Counted from the stretch's first letter, positions 38,034-48,493 are shown. The stretch is 64,000 nucleotides of DNA from an archaeon (GCA_043826135.1 JBDRQT010000041.1:5234-69233), one strand, 5' to 3'. A program made the numbers and translations. The notes: a model not told the origin generated them from the sequence alone.

Positions 38034-40004
38034 TCAAGACAAAACATGTCTCAATATAAAACATTCTCTCTGGTCTTTGACCTTTGTGAATTTAGATAGC
38101 TTTTCTTTCACCAAATCAATAGTAAAATTTTGCTCTAATTTTTCAGAGAATATCTGAGAGATAAATTCTATCTTTGCAAAGCATGCGCTCTTAGATAGCT
38201 GTGAAAGGATGTATCTGTCTGATATCTTATATCTGCTGCCTTCATGCAGGAAAAACCCCTTCGTGGTCAGACTGATTGTTGTTTCTTTTATATCTAGAAG
38301 CCCTTTTTTCAGCAGGTCTTCCTCACTGAAGGATTTCATCTTGAATCCAATCTGAAGAAGCTTCAGTTCCTCACTGCTCAGAGTGCCAAGTTCTGGCAAC
38401 GACTTGGTTACAAAATTATCGACGTCAACAACCACATCGCCACACGTAGATTCTACAAGGAGATTATATTCTGCATCCTTATCTTGGCAAAGGAACAGAA
38501 ATCCAGGAACTAGTATCTCTTTTATCTCTGAAATGTCCTTACCATTCATGATACTGATATCCTTTGCAGTCACCTTAGGTCTAATTATTGGTAGAAGATC
38601 TTTTTCCTCAAATTTATCTGCTTTTTCAAAGAATGCCTCATCTTTTTGGTCAAGTATATCTGTTGCATGACCTCCATGCATTGTTCTCCTTGGCCTTATG
38701 GTTACGAAAAGTGGCATATCCACAATTCCTGTCACGAGCGCTGTTCCAATCGCAAGATTCCTTATCTCTGATTCTGACTCAGCAGTTATCCCCTCTACAC
38801 TATTTGATATTGCCTTTAGGTCATTAGGATTCGTGATCTTGAGTATAATTTGTGTAGTGCACTGGCTGAGAACTGACTTATCGACTCTTGCAGGCCTTTG
38901 AGAAACAATACAGAGTCCAAGCCCAAATTTCCTGCCTTCTGATGCCACAGTCCTAAGAATCTTAGAAGATTTCGCTTCGCCAAAACTCCTCTCAGGACAA
39001 TAATTATGAGCCTCTTCTATTATCGTAAAAAAAGGAGGAATCCTATCCTTTTTGCGCTCTTCAAAAAGGTCTTTCATAAGCTTATACACAATTATCTCCT
39101 GTACATCCGGAGGGATGCCTTTCAGGTTGATTATTGAGCATCTCCCAGACTGGATGAGTTCATTATAATCCGTGAAGCTGTCACCGAATATCTGCAGGTT
39201 ATTCAGGTATTCCAAATTATTCACAATCGCCCATTTTGAATTGTTCTCTTCCTTGTCCAGTTCCAGCAGCACATTAGTGAAATTTACCTTGTCGATATGC
39301 TTAAGCAAGCTATAAAGCAGCCCCATCTGTGTATTTGATAGCTTTCCTGGCATGAGTTCTGTAATCTCAGAAGGTGTCAGATTATTGTTGAGCCTGAGAG
39401 GCCTTAGCTCATTATTGAGTTTTGCATCTCCGTATTCATAGATATTCTTGAATCCTATAGGAGATATTCCATAATTTTTCAGTTGCAATATATCGTCTGT
39501 TGGTGTTTTTAGTACTCCATATTCCCCATGTGGATCTATCACGATGATAGGAACTTTTTTTCCGATTATCTCCTCGATCAAGACACCAACTGTATAGGAT
39601 TTTCCTGCACCTGATTTCGCCAGAACTGCAACATGTTTGGTAAGGAGCTTTGATAAGTCTAGGTAAACATCAATATTCTTTCCTTCAAGCCTACCTATAA
39701 ATGCCCCTTTCTCGGATTTTTCAAGATTGATTATATCTTTAATGAAATCATCTTCTGCCTTCAGGACTTCAGAATTCTGATCAAATGGTATTCTTATCGG
39801 TTTTATGATTCCCTTATCCTTATACCCCAGGACTATGCACTTTGCAATATCCTTATCTGTCCTCTCTATTTCCAAAACCTGGCAGAGCACATAGTCATAC
39901 ACTTTATGGAGAACCTGGACAAACTCAAACTTCCTTGTCTCCTTCTCCACAATGAACTGAAACGAGGTTGTTGTGATTTTTCCAAATATCTTTCCTAAAA
40001 TCAT
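38034..40004 (-). CDS. HerA/FtsK-like (DUF87) ATPase with HAS-barrel and C-terminal extension
   Basis: KHVAVLAKSGAGKS, IDPHGEY, IIEEAH, EGRKFGLG, SQRP. Confidence 0.9.
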   Translation of the reverse strand: MILGKIFGKITTTSFQFIVEKETRKFEFVQVLHKVYDYVLCQVLEIERTDKDIAKCIVLGYKDKGIIKPIRIPFDQNSEVLKAEDDFIKDIINLEKSEKGAFIGRLEGKNIDVYLDLSKLLTKHVAVLAKSGAGKSYTVGVLIEEIIGKKVPIIVIDPHGEYGVLKTPTDDILQLKNYGISPIGFKNIYEYGDAKLNNELRPLRLNNNLTPSEITELMPGKLSNTQMGLLYSLLKHIDKVNFTNVLLELDKEENNSKWAIVNNLEYLNNLQIFGDSFTDYNELIQSGRCSIINLKGIPPDVQEIIVYKLMKDLFEERKKDRIPPFFTIIEEAHNYCPERSFGEAKSSKILRTVASEGRKFGLGLCIVSQRPARVDKSVLSQCTTQIILKITNPNDLKAISNSVEGITAESESEIRNLAIGTALVTGIVDMPLFVTIRPRRTMHGGHATDILDQKDEAFFEKADKFEEKDLLPIIRPKVTAKDISIMNGKDISEIKEILVPGFLFLCQDKDAEYNLLVESTCGDVVVDVDNFVTKSLPELGTLSSEELKLLQIGFKMKSFSEEDLLKKGLLDIKETTISLTTKGFFLHEGSRYKISDRYILSQLSKSACFAKIEFISQIFSEKLEQNFTIDLVKEKLSKFTKVKDQRECFILRHVLS

Positions 40005-40147
40005 GCTTTCCTAAAAAGAGCTGAGGCTTATTAAGATTACTGCGAGAAGATTATTGCTAAAAAGTAGTTGAAGCAAATTAAAAATACTATCTGTTCTGAT
40101 GTAATCAAGATCCTATATTTATATATTAAGTGCTTTTTCCGTCTTTC

Positions 40148-40993
40148 ATGTCACAGCATATGGAATGCCAAGATGAACTTGATTCACTACGCTCATTTAG
40201 CCCAACAAAATTATTGATGGCTCAGCTAAATGATATATCCGAACCTTGGAAAGAAGTTAGAACGTCGCATGGCAGAGATATTGCACATACTTACTATTTA
40301 GGCCATTTCGAACTAGATAAATTGGTAATTTTTCAGGAAATTAGTCTTTCTGAACATAAAAAAATTACAGAATGGATCATACATTTAGGCATGATACCAC
40401 ATGATGTTGCGGATACTTTTGATTCCGAATTAAAAGCACAATATCGCGAAATGCTTTTCCGGTTTGAAAAATCAAAATACTCCGCAGTTCAAAAGGCATT
40501 AGAAAAAAGTATGGACCTATATCATTATTATGGTGCAAGATTGAATCCTGATGGCCTATTTAGTGACAGAATAAGAGAAGGAGTTGTAAGAAGAGGGTAC
40601 TCTGAATTTAGAGGCATTGAAGGTCATCTTGTATTCTGCAAAGAAGAAGCGAAATACTGGTTAACTGATAAAATGTTTGAAGATCATATGCAACACATAT
40701 TAAATCTTGCTGAACAAGGAAAAGAAAAAGAAACGATAGCAAAACTTTTCGCTCTAACAGATTCTGGACTGGAATTGTTTGACCAAACAGTGCAAACACA
40801 GCTATCTCAGCTGGGTGCTACTGCAATAGCATTAGAGCTTGAATATGATGGTTGTTTTATTATTACTGATGTCAGAAAAGATTATTTGAATCCTGGCCAG
40901 AGAGTAAGATTTGTCCCGTCATGTGTACCAAATGAAAATTCATGGGCACCTGAGGCTAAGTTAGTTGATTATTCAATATTCATTCAACCTTAA
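40148..40993 (+). CDS. Orphan hypothetical protein
   Basis: ~281-aa ORF with TTTATATA box upstream; no motif recognised. Confidence 0.7.
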   Translation: MSQHMECQDELDSLRSFSPTKLLMAQLNDISEPWKEVRTSHGRDIAHTYYLGHFELDKLVIFQEISLSEHKKITEWIIHLGMIPHDVADTFDSELKAQYREMLFRFEKSKYSAVQKALEKSMDLYHYYGARLNPDGLFSDRIREGVVRRGYSEFRGIEGHLVFCKEEAKYWLTDKMFEDHMQHILNLAEQGKEKETIAKLFALTDSGLELFDQTVQTQLSQLGATAIALELEYDGCFIITDVRKDYLNPGQRVRFVPSCVPNENSWAPEAKLVDYSIFIQP

Positions 40994-41071
40994 TTAAATT
41001 ACTAATTCAAAATGGTTGTTTTACAAGTCCCACAGAAAAGCCTTTAAACTACTAACCTTTTTGTCTGTAAC

Positions 41072-42010
41072 ATGAAAGTCATCGTTACTGGCGGAGCAGG
41101 CTTTATCGGCAGCCATCTGTGTGAAAGGCTCTTAAAAGAAGGACATGATGTCATCTGCATAGATAATCTTGATTGCGGCAGCATGGACAATCTTTCTGCT
41201 TATATAGATAATAAAAGATTCAGGTTCATCAAACATAATGTGATTGAACCTATTGAGATTGACGGCAGTATCGACTGGATATTTCATCTGGCATCACGCG
41301 CAAGCCCTGAAGATTATCAGAAATATCCAGTAGAGACTGCTCTTGCTAATTCTGTCGGTACTGAACGGATGGTAAAGCTTGCCATGAAAAAAAATGCAAT
41401 TTTGCTTTTCACTTCCACGAGCGAAGCGTACGGAGAACCAAAAGAGCATCCTCAAAAAGAGTCATACTGGGGAAACGTCAATCCTGTCGGAATCAGGAGC
41501 TGCTATGATGAATCAAAAAGATTCGGAGAGGCCCTTCTTATGGCTTATCATAGGGAATATAATGCCAAGATCAAGATAGTGAGAATATTCAACACTTACG
41601 GCCCCAGGATGAGGGTTGATGATGGAAGGGTAATACCTAATTTTATATCGCAGGCTCTGCAAAATAAGCCTATTACTATCTACGGAGACGGTTCCCAGAC
41701 CAGGTCATTCTGCTATGTGGAGGATATGATAGAAGGTCTTCTCAAGATGATGAATTCCAAGGAGATGGGCCCAAAAAACCTTGGAAACCCAAATGAATTC
41801 ACAATCCTTGAGACTGCAAATTTTATAAAAAGGATAACATGCTCGAAATCCCTGTTTGTGCACAAGCCTCTTCCGGGCGATGATCCCACAAGAAGGCAGC
41901 CTGATATATCAAAAGCTAGGGAATTATTAGAATGGGAACCGAAAATTGAGTTTGAAGAAGGTATTAATAAAACAATCAATTGGTTCAGGCCAAAAATACC
42001 CAAAGCTTAA
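41072..42010 (+). CDS. UDP-glucuronate decarboxylase (UDP-xylose synthase)-type SDR
   Basis: [50 protein letters not shown]. Confidence 0.92.
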   Translation: MKVIVTGGAGFIGSHLCERLLKEGHDVICIDNLDCGSMDNLSAYIDNKRFRFIKHNVIEPIEIDGSIDWIFHLASRASPEDYQKYPVETALANSVGTERMVKLAMKKNAILLFTSTSEAYGEPKEHPQKESYWGNVNPVGIRSCYDESKRFGEALLMAYHREYNAKIKIVRIFNTYGPRMRVDDGRVIPNFISQALQNKPITIYGDGSQTRSFCYVEDMIEGLLKMMNSKEMGPKNLGNPNEFTILETANFIKRITCSKSLFVHKPLPGDDPTRRQPDISKARELLEWEPKIEFEEGINKTINWFRPKIPKA

Positions 42011-42036
42011 AATAATTATTTAACTTTAGTCATGAT

Positions 42037-42216
42037 ATGGAATTTCTTTCAGAAAAATTGGGTTACCTGACAGGATTTGTTTCTGCTTACCTTATCTTTA
42101 CTTCAATCATGTTTTTTATTATATCAGTAAAGATATCAGCTAATTTCTTCACCATCGTAATTGGTACTTCAATTACAGCGGTAATAGGATTTATTCTAAA
42201 GAGGATAATTTCATGA
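42037..42216 (+). CDS. Small two-TM protein (59 aa, not in ORF track)
   Basis: MEFLSEKLGYLTGFVSAYLIFTSIMFFIIS...IGFILKRIIS; ATGA overlap with the next gene. Confidence 0.65.
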   Translation: MEFLSEKLGYLTGFVSAYLIFTSIMFFIISVKISANFFTIVIGTSITAVIGFILKRIIS

Positions 42217-42443
42217 AGCTATTTCTAAAAGGGATAAAAAAAGGATTCACCGGATTTGGCGAAAATCTAGCAGCCATAATAAATTCACTATTACTAACAG
42301 CTGTATATCTGATCGGCATAGGGTTACCTTCCATATTCGGAAAACTCATCTGCAAAAAATTTCTCCAGATGGAAAAAAAAGACAGTTACTGGCAACCTGT
42401 TCAGATCTCTGAAAAAACAGAAAATCATTATAAGCAATTTTGA
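42213..42443 (+). CDS. SxtJ-like membrane protein (C-terminal half only)
   Basis: FG...INSLLLTAVYLIGIG...KK.L...DSYW...KQF pattern; adjacent to the carbamoyltransferase. Confidence 0.7.
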   Translation: MKLFLKGIKKGFTGFGENLAAIINSLLLTAVYLIGIGLPSIFGKLICKKFLQMEKKDSYWQPVQISEKTENHYKQF

Positions 42444-42449
42444 AGAAAA

Positions 42450-44207
42450 ATGTATACAATTGGAATCAGCTGCTACTATCACGACGCATCAGCGGCGCTA
42501 TTGAAAGACGGAATAATTGTTGCTGCAGCAGAAGAAGAGCGGTTCACCAGAAAAAAGCATGACTCGTCATTTCCAAAAAATGCAATCATGTTCTGCCTTG
42601 ATAGCGAAAAAATAAGCAGCAGTGACATAGATTATGTCGGATTCTATGAAAAGCCACTCCTGAAATTTGAAAGGCTTATGCACCAACACCTTGAATCCTT
42701 TCCTAATAGCCTTAAGGTATTCTTAAGCTCAACTCCTTCCTGGCTCACGGAAAAATTGCGGATAGCTGCAAGGCTTAGAAAAGAGATTAAGTATGACAAA
42801 GAGATAATATATGTCAATCATCATTTGGCGCATGCCGCAAGCGCCTTTCTCCCAAGTCCGTTTGAAAGAGCAGCAATCGTTACAGTGGACGGTGTCGGTG
42901 AATGGGCAACTACCACCTATGGAATAGGAAACAAAAACAATATAAATATCCAAAAAGAGATAGTCTTTCCGCATTCGATCGGTCTTCTATATTCTACCAT
43001 TACTGCATATCTAGGATTCTCTGTCAATAATTCTGAGTACAAGGTCATGGGGCTGGCTGCATACGGGGATATGAATCCTAGTACAAACAGGTATTATTCA
43101 AAACTAAAAAAAGTGATTGATATCAGGCCAGATGGCAGTTTCAGACTGGAGATGGAATATTTCAAGTTCCATTACAGTAGTAGGATGCCTTCAAAAAAAT
43201 TGTGTGAGTTGCTTGGTGGAGATATCAGGAAAAATGAGCCAGTCAGCAACAGACATAAGGATATTGCTGCAGCACTCCAGCTGATTGCTGAAGAGACCCT
43301 TACAAATATGCTGCTGAATGTGCACAAGGATACAAAAGAAGACAATCTTGTCATGGCAGGCGGAGTGGCGTTAAACAGTGTATTCAACGGAAAAATCCTC
43401 AGAAAAACCCCTTTCAAGAAAATTTGGGTGCAGCCAAATGCTTCTGACGGCGGAGCAAGCATAGGAGCTGCTATGTATGTGCATAATTCAATCTTGAAGC
43501 ATAAACGAGAATATGTTATGGACAATGCCTTTCTTGGACCTTCATTTAATGATGAGAACATCAGAAATTTTCTGATTCATAACAGGATAAGATTCAGTGA
43601 ATTTGAAAATGATATGCAATTAGTCAAAAAGACCGCCAGACTAATCTATGAGAACAAAGTTATCGGGTGGTTCCAGGGAAGAATGGAGTGGGGACCAAGG
43701 GCACTCGGAGCACGAAGCATACTCTCAAATGCCTGCAACAAGGATATGAAAGAATTGCTGAACAAAAAAGTCAAGCATCGTGAAATTTTCAGGCCTTTTG
43801 CTCCGGCTGTATGCTATGACGATGCTCCGAAGTATTTTGATTGTGACGACCCTATACCGGATCCGTGCGATTTCATGCTGATGGTCTATCCTATAAAGAA
43901 ACAATGGCAGGAAAAACTGCCTGCAGTCACGCATGTCGATGGGTCAGGACGTTTACAGACAGTAAAAAAATCACAGAATATCCTCTATTATGAGGTTATC
44001 AAAGAATTTGGAAAACTCTCGAAAATACCGATAATCATTAACACATCCTTCAACATTAGAGGCGAACCTATAGTCTGTTCACCCAAAGACGCATATAAAT
44101 GCATGATGGGTACTGGGATTGATGCTACGGTCATGGGAAAATTTCTTGTACAGAGGAAAGATAACCTAAAGGACCGCTGGAACAGCGAAAATATTGCAAA
44201 AGATTAA
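42450..44207 (+). CDS. O-carbamoyltransferase (NodU/CmcH/TobZ family)
   Basis: YHDASAA, EEERFTRKKH, HHLAHAAS, DGVGE, EYKVMGLA, GGVALN, GPRALG.RS, VKHRE.FRPFAP, NTSFN..GEP. Confidence 0.96.
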   Translation: MYTIGISCYYHDASAALLKDGIIVAAAEEERFTRKKHDSSFPKNAIMFCLDSEKISSSDIDYVGFYEKPLLKFERLMHQHLESFPNSLKVFLSSTPSWLTEKLRIAARLRKEIKYDKEIIYVNHHLAHAASAFLPSPFERAAIVTVDGVGEWATTTYGIGNKNNINIQKEIVFPHSIGLLYSTITAYLGFSVNNSEYKVMGLAAYGDMNPSTNRYYSKLKKVIDIRPDGSFRLEMEYFKFHYSSRMPSKKLCELLGGDIRKNEPVSNRHKDIAAALQLIAEETLTNMLLNVHKDTKEDNLVMAGGVALNSVFNGKILRKTPFKKIWVQPNASDGGASIGAAMYVHNSILKHKREYVMDNAFLGPSFNDENIRNFLIHNRIRFSEFENDMQLVKKTARLIYENKVIGWFQGRMEWGPRALGARSILSNACNKDMKELLNKKVKHREIFRPFAPAVCYDDAPKYFDCDDPIPDPCDFMLMVYPIKKQWQEKLPAVTHVDGSGRLQTVKKSQNILYYEVIKEFGKLSKIPIIINTSFNIRGEPIVCSPKDAYKCMMGTGIDATVMGKFLVQRKDNLKDRWNSENIAKD

Positions 44208-44232
44208 ATAGAAAAAAGCAATTCGATATCTC

Positions 44233-44397
44233 ATGAAACATAAAAATAAACCTTTATTAGTTGAGCTATGGGATTTCCTAAAAATCAGGAAAGTCTGGTG
44301 GCTTACACCAATCATCGTGATGCTTATCTTAGTTGCTCTACTTATTATATTCGGACAAAGCACAAGCATCAGCCCATTTTTGTATGCGCTTTTCTAA
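44233..44397 (+). CDS. DUF5989/SxtK-like small membrane protein (54 aa, not in ORF track)
   Basis: ELWDFLKIRKVWWLTPII.....Q....SPFLYALF. Confidence 0.85.
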   Translation: MKHKNKPLLVELWDFLKIRKVWWLTPIIVMLILVALLIIFGQSTSISPFLYALF

Positions 44398-44430
44398 ATG
44401 TTTATTAAATGTATTTCTTTCCTTGATTAA

Positions 44431-45675
44431 ATGAAACTCCTGATCATATCTGAATATTTTCCCCCTGAATCAAAAGGTGGTGGAGAACTTAGCGCTTTCT
44501 CACTTGCAAAAGAACTTGCAAAAAAAATTGAAGTCCATGTCCTTACATCTCATTTTAAGAATCTAAAAAAAGAGGAAATTTGCGATAATGTACATATCCA
44601 CCGTTACCTTACTACTGGCGCCGATGCGTCTATCAAAGGCAATATATCCAGAACTATAAATTTTGAGAAAAGCTTGCTTGAGGAACTTGAAAGATTCCCT
44701 ATAAAAATTGATATTGTACATTGTATGAATACCACAAGTATTGTAGCTGCAAAATTAAAGGAAAAACTGAAAGTTCCGTTTGTTCTGCACGTAAATGGCC
44801 CCTTACTTTTCTGCCCTAAAGGAACGCTTATGTACAAAGATAAGGAATTATGTGATAGACAATGTTCTTATCCAACTTATATTGACTGCTTATTTGGCTC
44901 AAAGACTGTCGGGAAAGTGAATCTCAGTCCGTTCCTAAAATATAATCCTGTATTCATCTCACTTCTTAGGAGAAGATATACCTATTATCAGAAACTGATG
45001 AAAAAATTTGACCATTTCATGGCGATAAGCACCTTCATGAAGGAACAACTCATAAAGGATAAAATAGATCCGAGAAAAATCACGTTAGTCTACAATATAA
45101 TGGACCTGTCAAAATACAGTAATTTAAAAAAACCAAAGAACAAAATAAAGAAAATACTTTATCTTGGCGGATATGATTATTCAAAAGGTCCAAGTGTATT
45201 GATTGATGCACTAAAAAATATAAAACACCCTTTTTCAGCTAATTTTTATGGTGAAGGAATCCTGAAAGAAAAATTACAGAAGGAAATCCAAAAAAACAGT
45301 CTTCAAGTTTCAATCCATGATAAGGTCAGTAATTCAGAGGTTCCAAAGATAATGGCAGAGCATGACCTCATTGTTTTCCCATCTATGGTCGGAGAAGCTT
45401 TCGGCAGAGTGGCGCTGGAAGCGCGCGCTGCAGGAAAAACAGTTGTTGCTTCCAATATCGGCGGAATAACTGATATCATTGAGGATAAAAAAACAGGCTT
45501 TCTATTTAGGCCTGGAGATTCAACAGAGCTTAAACAGATAATAGAAAAAATACTGTCTGGAACTGCAATTGCAACCGAAATATGCACTAAAAAATCACTT
45601 TCAAAATTCTCTAAAGACAAGAGCATCAAAGATGCACTAAAAATATACATAGGCCTTGCAAAGAGTTATAAATAA
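44431..45675 (+). CDS. Glycosyltransferase family 4
   Basis: EYFPP..GGGE, CPKG, KG, EAFGRVALEA, SNIGG. Confidence 0.92.
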   Translation: MKLLIISEYFPPESKGGGELSAFSLAKELAKKIEVHVLTSHFKNLKKEEICDNVHIHRYLTTGADASIKGNISRTINFEKSLLEELERFPIKIDIVHCMNTTSIVAAKLKEKLKVPFVLHVNGPLLFCPKGTLMYKDKELCDRQCSYPTYIDCLFGSKTVGKVNLSPFLKYNPVFISLLRRRYTYYQKLMKKFDHFMAISTFMKEQLIKDKIDPRKITLVYNIMDLSKYSNLKKPKNKIKKILYLGGYDYSKGPSVLIDALKNIKHPFSANFYGEGILKEKLQKEIQKNSLQVSIHDKVSNSEVPKIMAEHDLIVFPSMVGEAFGRVALEARAAGKTVVASNIGGITDIIEDKKTGFLFRPGDSTELKQIIEKILSGTAIATEICTKKSLSKFSKDKSIKDALKIYIGLAKSYK

Positions 45676-45695
45676 ATCAATCTTTTTTTATCAAT

Positions 45696-46829
45696 ATGGA
45701 TATATTAGTACTCACTGAATTTTTTCCGAAAACTGATAAGACAGAGATAAGTGGAGGGGTAGAGACCAGAGCATTCTACATAGCAAAGGAGCTTGCAAAA
45801 AAGAATTCTGTAACAGTAATATGCAGCAGGGAAAAAGGCACAAAAAAGAAGGATATCTTTTCAGGAATTAAAGTGGTCAGATGTGGGAAAGAAAGAAAGT
45901 ACAGCCAAGCAGGAAGCATAACTGACAGGATGAGCTTCATGTTTGCTGCTTATAATGAAGGCAAAAAGATAAAAGCAGATATTGTTGATGGGTATAATTT
46001 CATATCCTATTCTCCAGCGTACTGGATAGCCAAATCAAAAAAAATACCATGCGTCGCGACCTATCATGATGTTTGGCTAAATCAGTGGATAAAGAACATC
46101 GGGCCTTCTGGCATTCTGATGGAACTGTTAGAAAGATATGTATTGTCACTGAAATGGACAGGATTCATCGCTAACAGCGAGTACACAAAAAAGAACCTGA
46201 TAAGAATTGGGATTAAAGAGCAGAAAATTGATGTAGTATATAGTGGGGTCAATCTTGAGGATTACAAGTCTCAAAATACAAAAGAAAAGGGACTGTCTAT
46301 CTGTGCTGTATCCCGGCTGGTAAAATACAAGAGGATAGATGATCTGATCCTTGCTGCAGCGAAAATAAAGCAAAAATATCCTGACATGGCTATCAATATT
46401 ATCGGCGATGGCTCTGAAAAGAATAATCTGAAAAAACTTGCCAAGGAGCTTGGAATAAGCAGCAATGTGAATTTCCTGGGGTATCTTAATCATGGTGAAG
46501 TTTTACAAGAGCTGAAAAAAGCCACATTATTCTCGCTGCCGAGCGTAGTAGAAGGTATGGGGCTGGTCACAGTAGAGGCAATGGCATGCAGAACACCCTA
46601 TGTAAACAGCAGGATTCCTCCACAGGTTGAGATTACGGATAATGGCAAAGGAGGCCTATTATTTGAACCAAAAGATCATCTGGATTTATCAAAAAAATTG
46701 CTTCTTCTGCTGGACGATAAGGAACTATACAAAAAGAAACAGGAAGAATGTAGCAAGCTTGCAAAAAAGTTTGACTGGATAAATCTCGCGAAAAAAATTG
46801 AAAAGGTGTATGAAAAATGCTTGCGGTGA
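45696..46829 (+). CDS. Glycosyltransferase family 4
   Basis: GGVE.R, SRLVKYK, EGMGLVTVEAMAC. Confidence 0.92.
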   Translation: MDILVLTEFFPKTDKTEISGGVETRAFYIAKELAKKNSVTVICSREKGTKKKDIFSGIKVVRCGKERKYSQAGSITDRMSFMFAAYNEGKKIKADIVDGYNFISYSPAYWIAKSKKIPCVATYHDVWLNQWIKNIGPSGILMELLERYVLSLKWTGFIANSEYTKKNLIRIGIKEQKIDVVYSGVNLEDYKSQNTKEKGLSICAVSRLVKYKRIDDLILAAAKIKQKYPDMAINIIGDGSEKNNLKKLAKELGISSNVNFLGYLNHGEVLQELKKATLFSLPSVVEGMGLVTVEAMACRTPYVNSRIPPQVEITDNGKGGLLFEPKDHLDLSKKLLLLLDDKELYKKKQEECSKLAKKFDWINLAKKIEKVYEKCLR

Positions 46830-47488
46830 TTCTAGCAGCAGGCCTTGGAACAAGGCTTGGTAATCTCACTGATGACCTTCCTAAACCTATGCTTCGAATA
46901 AATGGAAAGCCTTTTCTTGAATATCTTATCCTTCAGCTCAAAAGACATAATATTAAAAAAATCATAATATGTGTTGGATATAAAAAAGACAATATCATAC
47001 AGTATTTTAAGGATGGGGAAAAATTCGGAGTAGAGATTAGTTACAGCGAATCAAAAATCCTGGGAACTGCCGGAGAGATAAAAAATGCAGCTGGACTTAT
47101 TGATGAGGATGATTTTCTGGTAATGAATGGAGATAGTATTCTGGACGGAGACCTTACAAACGCTGTCATGTCTCATAAAAATATTGGAACAATCTGCCTA
47201 ACAAAAGTTGACAATCCAGAAAGATACGGCTCAGTTGAACTAACCGGCAGCATCATTACTAAATTTTTTGAAAAAAATAAACAAGGTACCGGTATAATAA
47301 ATGGAGGCGTATATATTTTAAATCAAAAGATATTACAGATGATACCAGAAGGCTTTTGTTCGCTTGAGAAGGATATTTTTCCGAGGCTTGCAGAAAAAAG
47401 ACAGTTAGATGGAATTGTGCTGGATTGTTATTTCATTGACATCGGCACAATTGAGGATTATGAAAGAGCAAAAAGGGAGATGAAATGA
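46817..47488 (+). CDS. hddC: Sugar-1-phosphate nucleotidyltransferase, HddC-like (heptose-1-P guanylyltransferase)
   Basis: ILAAGLGTRL...PKPM, LGTAG, NGD, SLEKD.FP, FIDIG; adjacent to hddA/gmhA/gmhB. Confidence 0.75.
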   Translation: MLAVILAAGLGTRLGNLTDDLPKPMLRINGKPFLEYLILQLKRHNIKKIIICVGYKKDNIIQYFKDGEKFGVEISYSESKILGTAGEIKNAAGLIDEDDFLVMNGDSILDGDLTNAVMSHKNIGTICLTKVDNPERYGSVELTGSIITKFFEKNKQGTGIINGGVYILNQKILQMIPEGFCSLEKDIFPRLAEKRQLDGIVLDCYFIDIGTIEDYERAKREMK

Positions 47489-48492
47489 TAATAAGATGCA
47501 GGGCACCGGTGAGGATCAGTTTTGGTGGAGGAGGAACAGATGTCAGCCCATACTGCGAGGATCATGGAGGTTGTGTCATAAACGCTGCGATCAACAAGTA
47601 TGCGTTTGCCTCCCTTGAGCTCAGGAAAGATGAAAAGATTGTCCTAGAATCTTTTGATTTCAATGAAAAAAAAGAATTCCATTCACTGGATGAACTAAAA
47701 TATGATGGAGACCTTGATCTGCTGAAATCTGCTGTCCTCCATTACAGGAAAACAGGCATAAATCTAAGCCTTAGAAGCGATGTCCCTCCTAGAAGCGGTC
47801 TTGGAAGCAGTGCATCTGCTTTTGTGGCAGTAATCGGATTATTCAACCACCTTAAAAAAGAACATGCAATGACAGACTACGAAGTAGCAGAACTTGCGTA
47901 TACCCTTGAAAGGAAGGAACTAAAAAACCATGGCGGACGCCAGGACCAGTACGCAACTGTATTTGGCGGGATAAATTTCATGGAATTCAAAGGCGATGAC
48001 TTTGTCAGGATCAATCCATTAAAAGTGAAAAAGGATGTGACATTTGAACTCGAAAAGAATCTTGTGCTTATAAATTTAGGGATAAGAAAAAATTCAGGAG
48101 ACATAATAGCCGACCAGACAAAAAGGTATGTTGAAAAAAAAGATGATGTGGTTTCTGCCCTAAATAGGAGCAAGGAACTTGCAATTGAGATGAATAAATG
48201 CCTGATAAAAGGTGATCTTAATGGATTTGGCAGTCTGATGCATGAAGCATGGTTTGAAAAGAAAAAATACAGCAATATGATAACAAATGAGAAGATAGAA
48301 AAGATGTACGAAGAAGCAAGAAAAGCAGGTGCAATTGGAGGTAAAATCACCGGCGCAGGAGGAGGAGGCCACATGATCTTTTATTGCAGACCAAATACTG
48401 AACAGATTGTTTCATTAACTTTAAAGAGATTAGGAGCTGAGATAGTCCCATTCTCATTTGACTTTGAAGGTATGCAGACTTGGGAGGCATAA
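47485..48492 (+). CDS. hddA: D-glycero-alpha-D-manno-heptose-7-phosphate kinase (GHMP family)
   Basis: APVRISFGGGGTD, PPRSGLGSS, GG.QDQY, GGKITGAGGGG. Confidence 0.9.
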   Translation: MIIRCRAPVRISFGGGGTDVSPYCEDHGGCVINAAINKYAFASLELRKDEKIVLESFDFNEKKEFHSLDELKYDGDLDLLKSAVLHYRKTGINLSLRSDVPPRSGLGSSASAFVAVIGLFNHLKKEHAMTDYEVAELAYTLERKELKNHGGRQDQYATVFGGINFMEFKGDDFVRINPLKVKKDVTFELEKNLVLINLGIRKNSGDIIADQTKRYVEKKDDVVSALNRSKELAIEMNKCLIKGDLNGFGSLMHEAWFEKKKYSNMITNEKIEKMYEEARKAGAIGGKITGAGGGGHMIFYCRPNTEQIVSLTLKRLGAEIVPFSFDFEGMQTWEA

Positions 48493-48493
48493 A

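Noticed and set aside
38034-40993. HerA-based anti-phage system
   Set aside because: No recognisable Sir2, DUF4297 or nuclease partner; the divergent orphan shows no catalytic motif I can identify.
42037-44397. Saxitoxin biosynthesis
   Set aside because: Only I/J/K-like genes are present, with no sxtA/G/B core, and the context is a glycan locus.
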